Origin: Chloroflexota bacterium
GTDB taxonomy: Bacteria; Chloroflexota; Dehalococcoidia; Lucifugimonadales; UBA3495
DNA: 64,000 bases
Direction: 5' to 3'
Assembly: GCA_027623675.1 (NCBI GenBank)
Contig: JAQBVF010000003.1
Location: 1 to 64,000 of the forward strand
Part shown: positions 61,536 to 64,000 of the stretch, piece by piece
Layout: every line of letters starts with the position of its first letter
Numbering within the stretch: position 1 is the first letter of the stretch
Position numbers and translations under genes: made by a program
Notes under the pieces: model-generated
What the model was told of the DNA's origin: nothing
Database searches by the model: none
The model's input: only the letters and a program-made list of their open reading frames with translations

Positions 61536-62366
61536 CTACTGCTGCGGCGTTTCCGGCCACAGTTCATGGAAGTGGTTGAGGGGTCCGTGGCCCTGCCCGA
61601 TGGGGAAAGAGCGGCGGATGGCCTCGGTGACAAACCCTTTGGCCCGTCCCACTGCTTCCTCCGTTTGGAGTCCCTTGGCCAGTCCCGCGGCCACGGCTGA
61701 GGCGAACGTGCAGCCGGTCCCGTGGGTGTTGGCCGTTTCGAACCGGGGCGATGTGAACTCCCGAAAGCTACTACCATCATAGTACAGATCGGTGGCGGGG
61801 CCTTCGCGGTGGCCCCCTTTGACCACGACCGACGCCGCGCCCATGCCGACGATGGCGATGGCGGCGTTCCGAATGTCGCCGTCGGTGACGATCGTCCGGC
61901 CGGTCAGGGTCTCGGCCTCGGGGATGTTGGGGGTGACCACCGCGGCCATGGGAAGCAGCAATTCCCGGAGGGCGCCAACGGCTTCCTCCCGCAGCAGGGA
62001 ATCGCCGCTCTTGGCGACCATCACCGGGTCGACCACCAGCCGCCTCACGCCGGGCACTCCGGAATATCTCTTGAGGGAGGCGGTGACACATTCGATGATG
62101 GCGGAGCTGGACAGCATGCCGGTCTTGACGGCGTCGGCCCCGATGTCGGTCACCACGGCATCGATCTGGGCTGAGATCATGTCAACGGGAATCTCGTGCA
62201 CGGCGGTCACGGCCACCGTGTTCTGGGCCGTGATGGCAGTCAAAACCGAGGTGCCGTACACGCCCAGAGCGGCAAAGGTCTTGAGATCGGCCTGCACGCC
62301 CGCGCCGCCGCCCGAGTCGGACCCCGCGATGGTCATGGCGGCGGGCGTGTGTCTCACTCCGGCCAT
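61536..62366 (-). CDS. thiD: hydroxymethylpyrimidine/phosphomethylpyrimidine kinase
   Basis: TIAGSDSGGGAGVQADLK, TAQNT, KTGML, VDPVM, TPNIPEA, KGGH, HGTGCT. Confidence 0.95.
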   Translation of the reverse strand: MAGVRHTPAAMTIAGSDSGGGAGVQADLKTFAALGVYGTSVLTAITAQNTVAVTAVHEIPVDMISAQIDAVVTDIGADAVKTGMLSSSAIIECVTASLKRYSGVPGVRRLVVDPVMVAKSGDSLLREEAVGALRELLLPMAAVVTPNIPEAETLTGRTIVTDGDIRNAAIAIVGMGAASVVVKGGHREGPATDLYYDGSSFREFTSPRFETANTHGTGCTFASAVAAGLAKGLQTEEAVGRAKGFVTEAIRRSFPIGQGHGPLNHFHELWPETPQQ

Positions 62367-63016
62367 GTCTCGTACCGGTAGGCCATGTCGAAGAACTGAT
62401 ATTCGTAGCGGAGCACGTCCAGGAAGATGCGCTCCAGCTTCTTGCGTTGCTCCGGGGTTGGCGATGACTCGTCCACCACGCTGCGGAGCCAGGCGACGAA
62501 CCCGGACATGCCGGGACTGGTGTGGATGTCGATCCAGGTCTGGTAGTAGTGGTTGCCGGGTTTTAGGCCCGCCTGTTCGGCGCGTTGGGCCCAGTCCAGG
62601 TAGGGCCACTCCACGGCCAGCAGCGTCGCTATCACCTCGGTGAACGTGCCCTCGTGGGCCAACGCCCGCAGGTAGCCGCTGTAATGCTGAGTGGTGGGTA
62701 GATAATCAAGCCCTTTGACCTCTTCCGGGGAGAGGCCCCGTTCCCGGAAGGCTTCTTGGAACAAGCCCTCTTCGCCGCCCAGGCCCAGGTGCAGGAACCC
62801 GACCAGCTCACGGGCCGCGTCGAAATCGGGCGCTTTGGCGGTGGCGAGGCTGAGCAGGATAGCCCAGTCCTTCAGGAATAGATAGTCCTGGTCGAAGTAG
62901 ATGTCGAAGGTCTTACGGTCCAGGGAACCGTCGGCCATGGCGGCGACGAAGGGGTGGGTTACCACCTTCTCCCATAGTGGGCCGACGCAAGCCTGGAGTT
63001 CGTCGCTTAAAGCCAA
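62354..63016 (-). CDS. tenA: TenA family protein (TenA_E-like aminopyrimidine aminohydrolase)
   Basis: HPFV...DGSL....F..Y..QDYLFL, LLAVEWPYLDWA (Glu in place of catalytic Cys), WIDIH, EYQFFDMAY. Confidence 0.88.
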   Translation of the reverse strand: MALSDELQACVGPLWEKVVTHPFVAAMADGSLDRKTFDIYFDQDYLFLKDWAILLSLATAKAPDFDAARELVGFLHLGLGGEEGLFQEAFRERGLSPEEVKGLDYLPTTQHYSGYLRALAHEGTFTEVIATLLAVEWPYLDWAQRAEQAGLKPGNHYYQTWIDIHTSPGMSGFVAWLRSVVDESSPTPEQRKKLERIFLDVLRYEYQFFDMAYRYETWPE

Positions 63017-63060
63017 TTCCGATTTGTCCTCAATATCGGCGGTGCGAGCCCGGCGAAGGG

Positions 63061-63420
63061 TTATTCGTCGCCGGGTCCGCCCTCCTGGGTAAAGTCAGGG
63101 GTGCGGCGGACCGACTCCGCCAGGTCCGAGGGGTCGGGTGGTGACCCATCATTCATGAAACCGACGGGGATGGCCGGGAGCGTTTCCAGATGGAGACCGG
63201 TGCGCATGCCCAGTTCCAGAGAGAGTCTGGCAACCGCATCGTTGTCGTCGGCTTCCACCATCATCACAAAGTCGTACCGTCCTAAGACCGCGTATTGGCC
63301 CAGTATCTCCGCGCCGGGAACGGCCAGGTCTCTGGTGCGGTCACCGATCAGGTTTGGATTGCCATGGAGCATCCGCTGGCCGTCATGGGTCAGCGACCCC
63401 AGAAAGAAATAGAGCGACAT
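63061..63420 (-). CDS. GYD domain protein
   Basis: YAVLGRYDFVMMVEADD..VARLSLELG....LETLPA. Confidence 0.8.
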   Translation of the reverse strand: MSLYFFLGSLTHDGQRMLHGNPNLIGDRTRDLAVPGAEILGQYAVLGRYDFVMMVEADDNDAVARLSLELGMRTGLHLETLPAIPVGFMNDGSPPDPSDLAESVRRTPDFTQEGGPGDE

Positions 63421-63549
63421 CGGCTATCCCCCAAATAATTAAGCCCAAGACCTAGGCTCGCCATTCTGGGGCAAGTATATCAGTCGGGAGCGCCGGTTTC
63501 CTGCCCCGGCGCCCCCGGTCCGTCGGGTACTGGTTCAAGAGGCGGCCGC

Positions 63550-64000
63550 CTAGTTGGCGTTCTCGACAAAGCTGTTGTCGAAGGCCGCGTTGGCGTCATC
63601 CGCCGAAGTCAGGCGGCCCGATGCCACCATCCAGTCGGCGAAATCCTGCCAGCGTTGCTGCTCCTGCCAGCCGAAGACCCCGTTGTCGGTCGCCCACAGG
63701 GGCGCCAACAGCACGACTCCGGGATTCTCGATCGCCAGGTCGGTCTCCGGTTTAAGTTCCTTAAGCAGGGCCACGGCGTCTAGGGGGTCGGCGATGGCGT
63801 CTTGGTATCCACGGGTGACCCCACGGACGAAGGCTTGGACGATTTCCGGGTTGTTGGCGATCTTGTCTTCGCTGGCCACCATCACCAACTCATAGAAGTC
63901 GGGGACGCCGTTCTCCTCCATGCGCATGATGTTCAGGTCGAAGCCCAGGTTATTGGCCGAGATGGACTCGTGCACCCAGTAGGCCCCGACGATGGCGTCC
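63550..64000 (-). CDS. NMT1/THI5 (ThiY-like) ABC substrate-binding protein, 3' part only
   Basis: DAIVGAYWVHE, GVPDFYELVMVASE, FVRGVTRGY, FG.Q...W..FADWM; runs off the window end. Confidence 0.8.
   Translation of the reverse strand, partial: DAIVGAYWVHESISANNLGFDLNIMRMEENGVPDFYELVMVASEDKIANNPEIVQAFVRGVTRGYQDAIADPLDAVALLKELKPETDLAIENPGVVLLAPLWATDNGVFGWQEQQRWQDFADWMVASGRLTSADDANAAFDNSFVENAN

Noticed and set aside
1..64000. CRISPR array, rRNA, integrase/transposase, prophage or RT/retron genes
   Set aside because: No regularly spaced repeats and no such ORFs or motifs were seen on either strand.

Overview
A 64-kb, GC-rich bacterial chromosomal segment. Gene content (LLM and PPOX F420-type enzymes, GGT family, Dehalococcoidia-like pilin and hypotheticals, heliorhodopsin) suggests Chloroflexota, probably Dehalococcoidia/SAR202; this assignment is inference. 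The left part (~1-20.3 kb) looks accessory and lies at the 3' side of tRNA-Pro(CGG), next to a decayed tRNA-like remnant. It carries a metE relic, a YjzC-like gene with a structured upstream region, ggt, a frameshifted DoxX gene, heliorhodopsin, truD and an unusually ordered nitrogen cluster, ureA-urtABCDE-glnA-ureBC-ureFGD (no ureE). That cluster is preceded by six 11-bp-phased GlnR-box-like sites. The rest holds core genes (mfd, proBA, ffh, sbcC-like, mutM, ileS, thiD/tenA/thiY-like), two-component genes, a hicB-hicA pair, a coupled amidohydrolase-mug-thpR-alkA operon, and a type IV pilin frameshifted by a 10-bp tandem repeat. The ORF track splits two probable selenoprotein genes. One is a PrdB/GrdB-like protein with UxxC and a long C-terminal extension. 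The other is a peroxiredoxin-like protein with two in-frame UGAs in a UxxU motif and one candidate SECIS hairpin. No CRISPR array, rRNA, integrase or transposase was seen.
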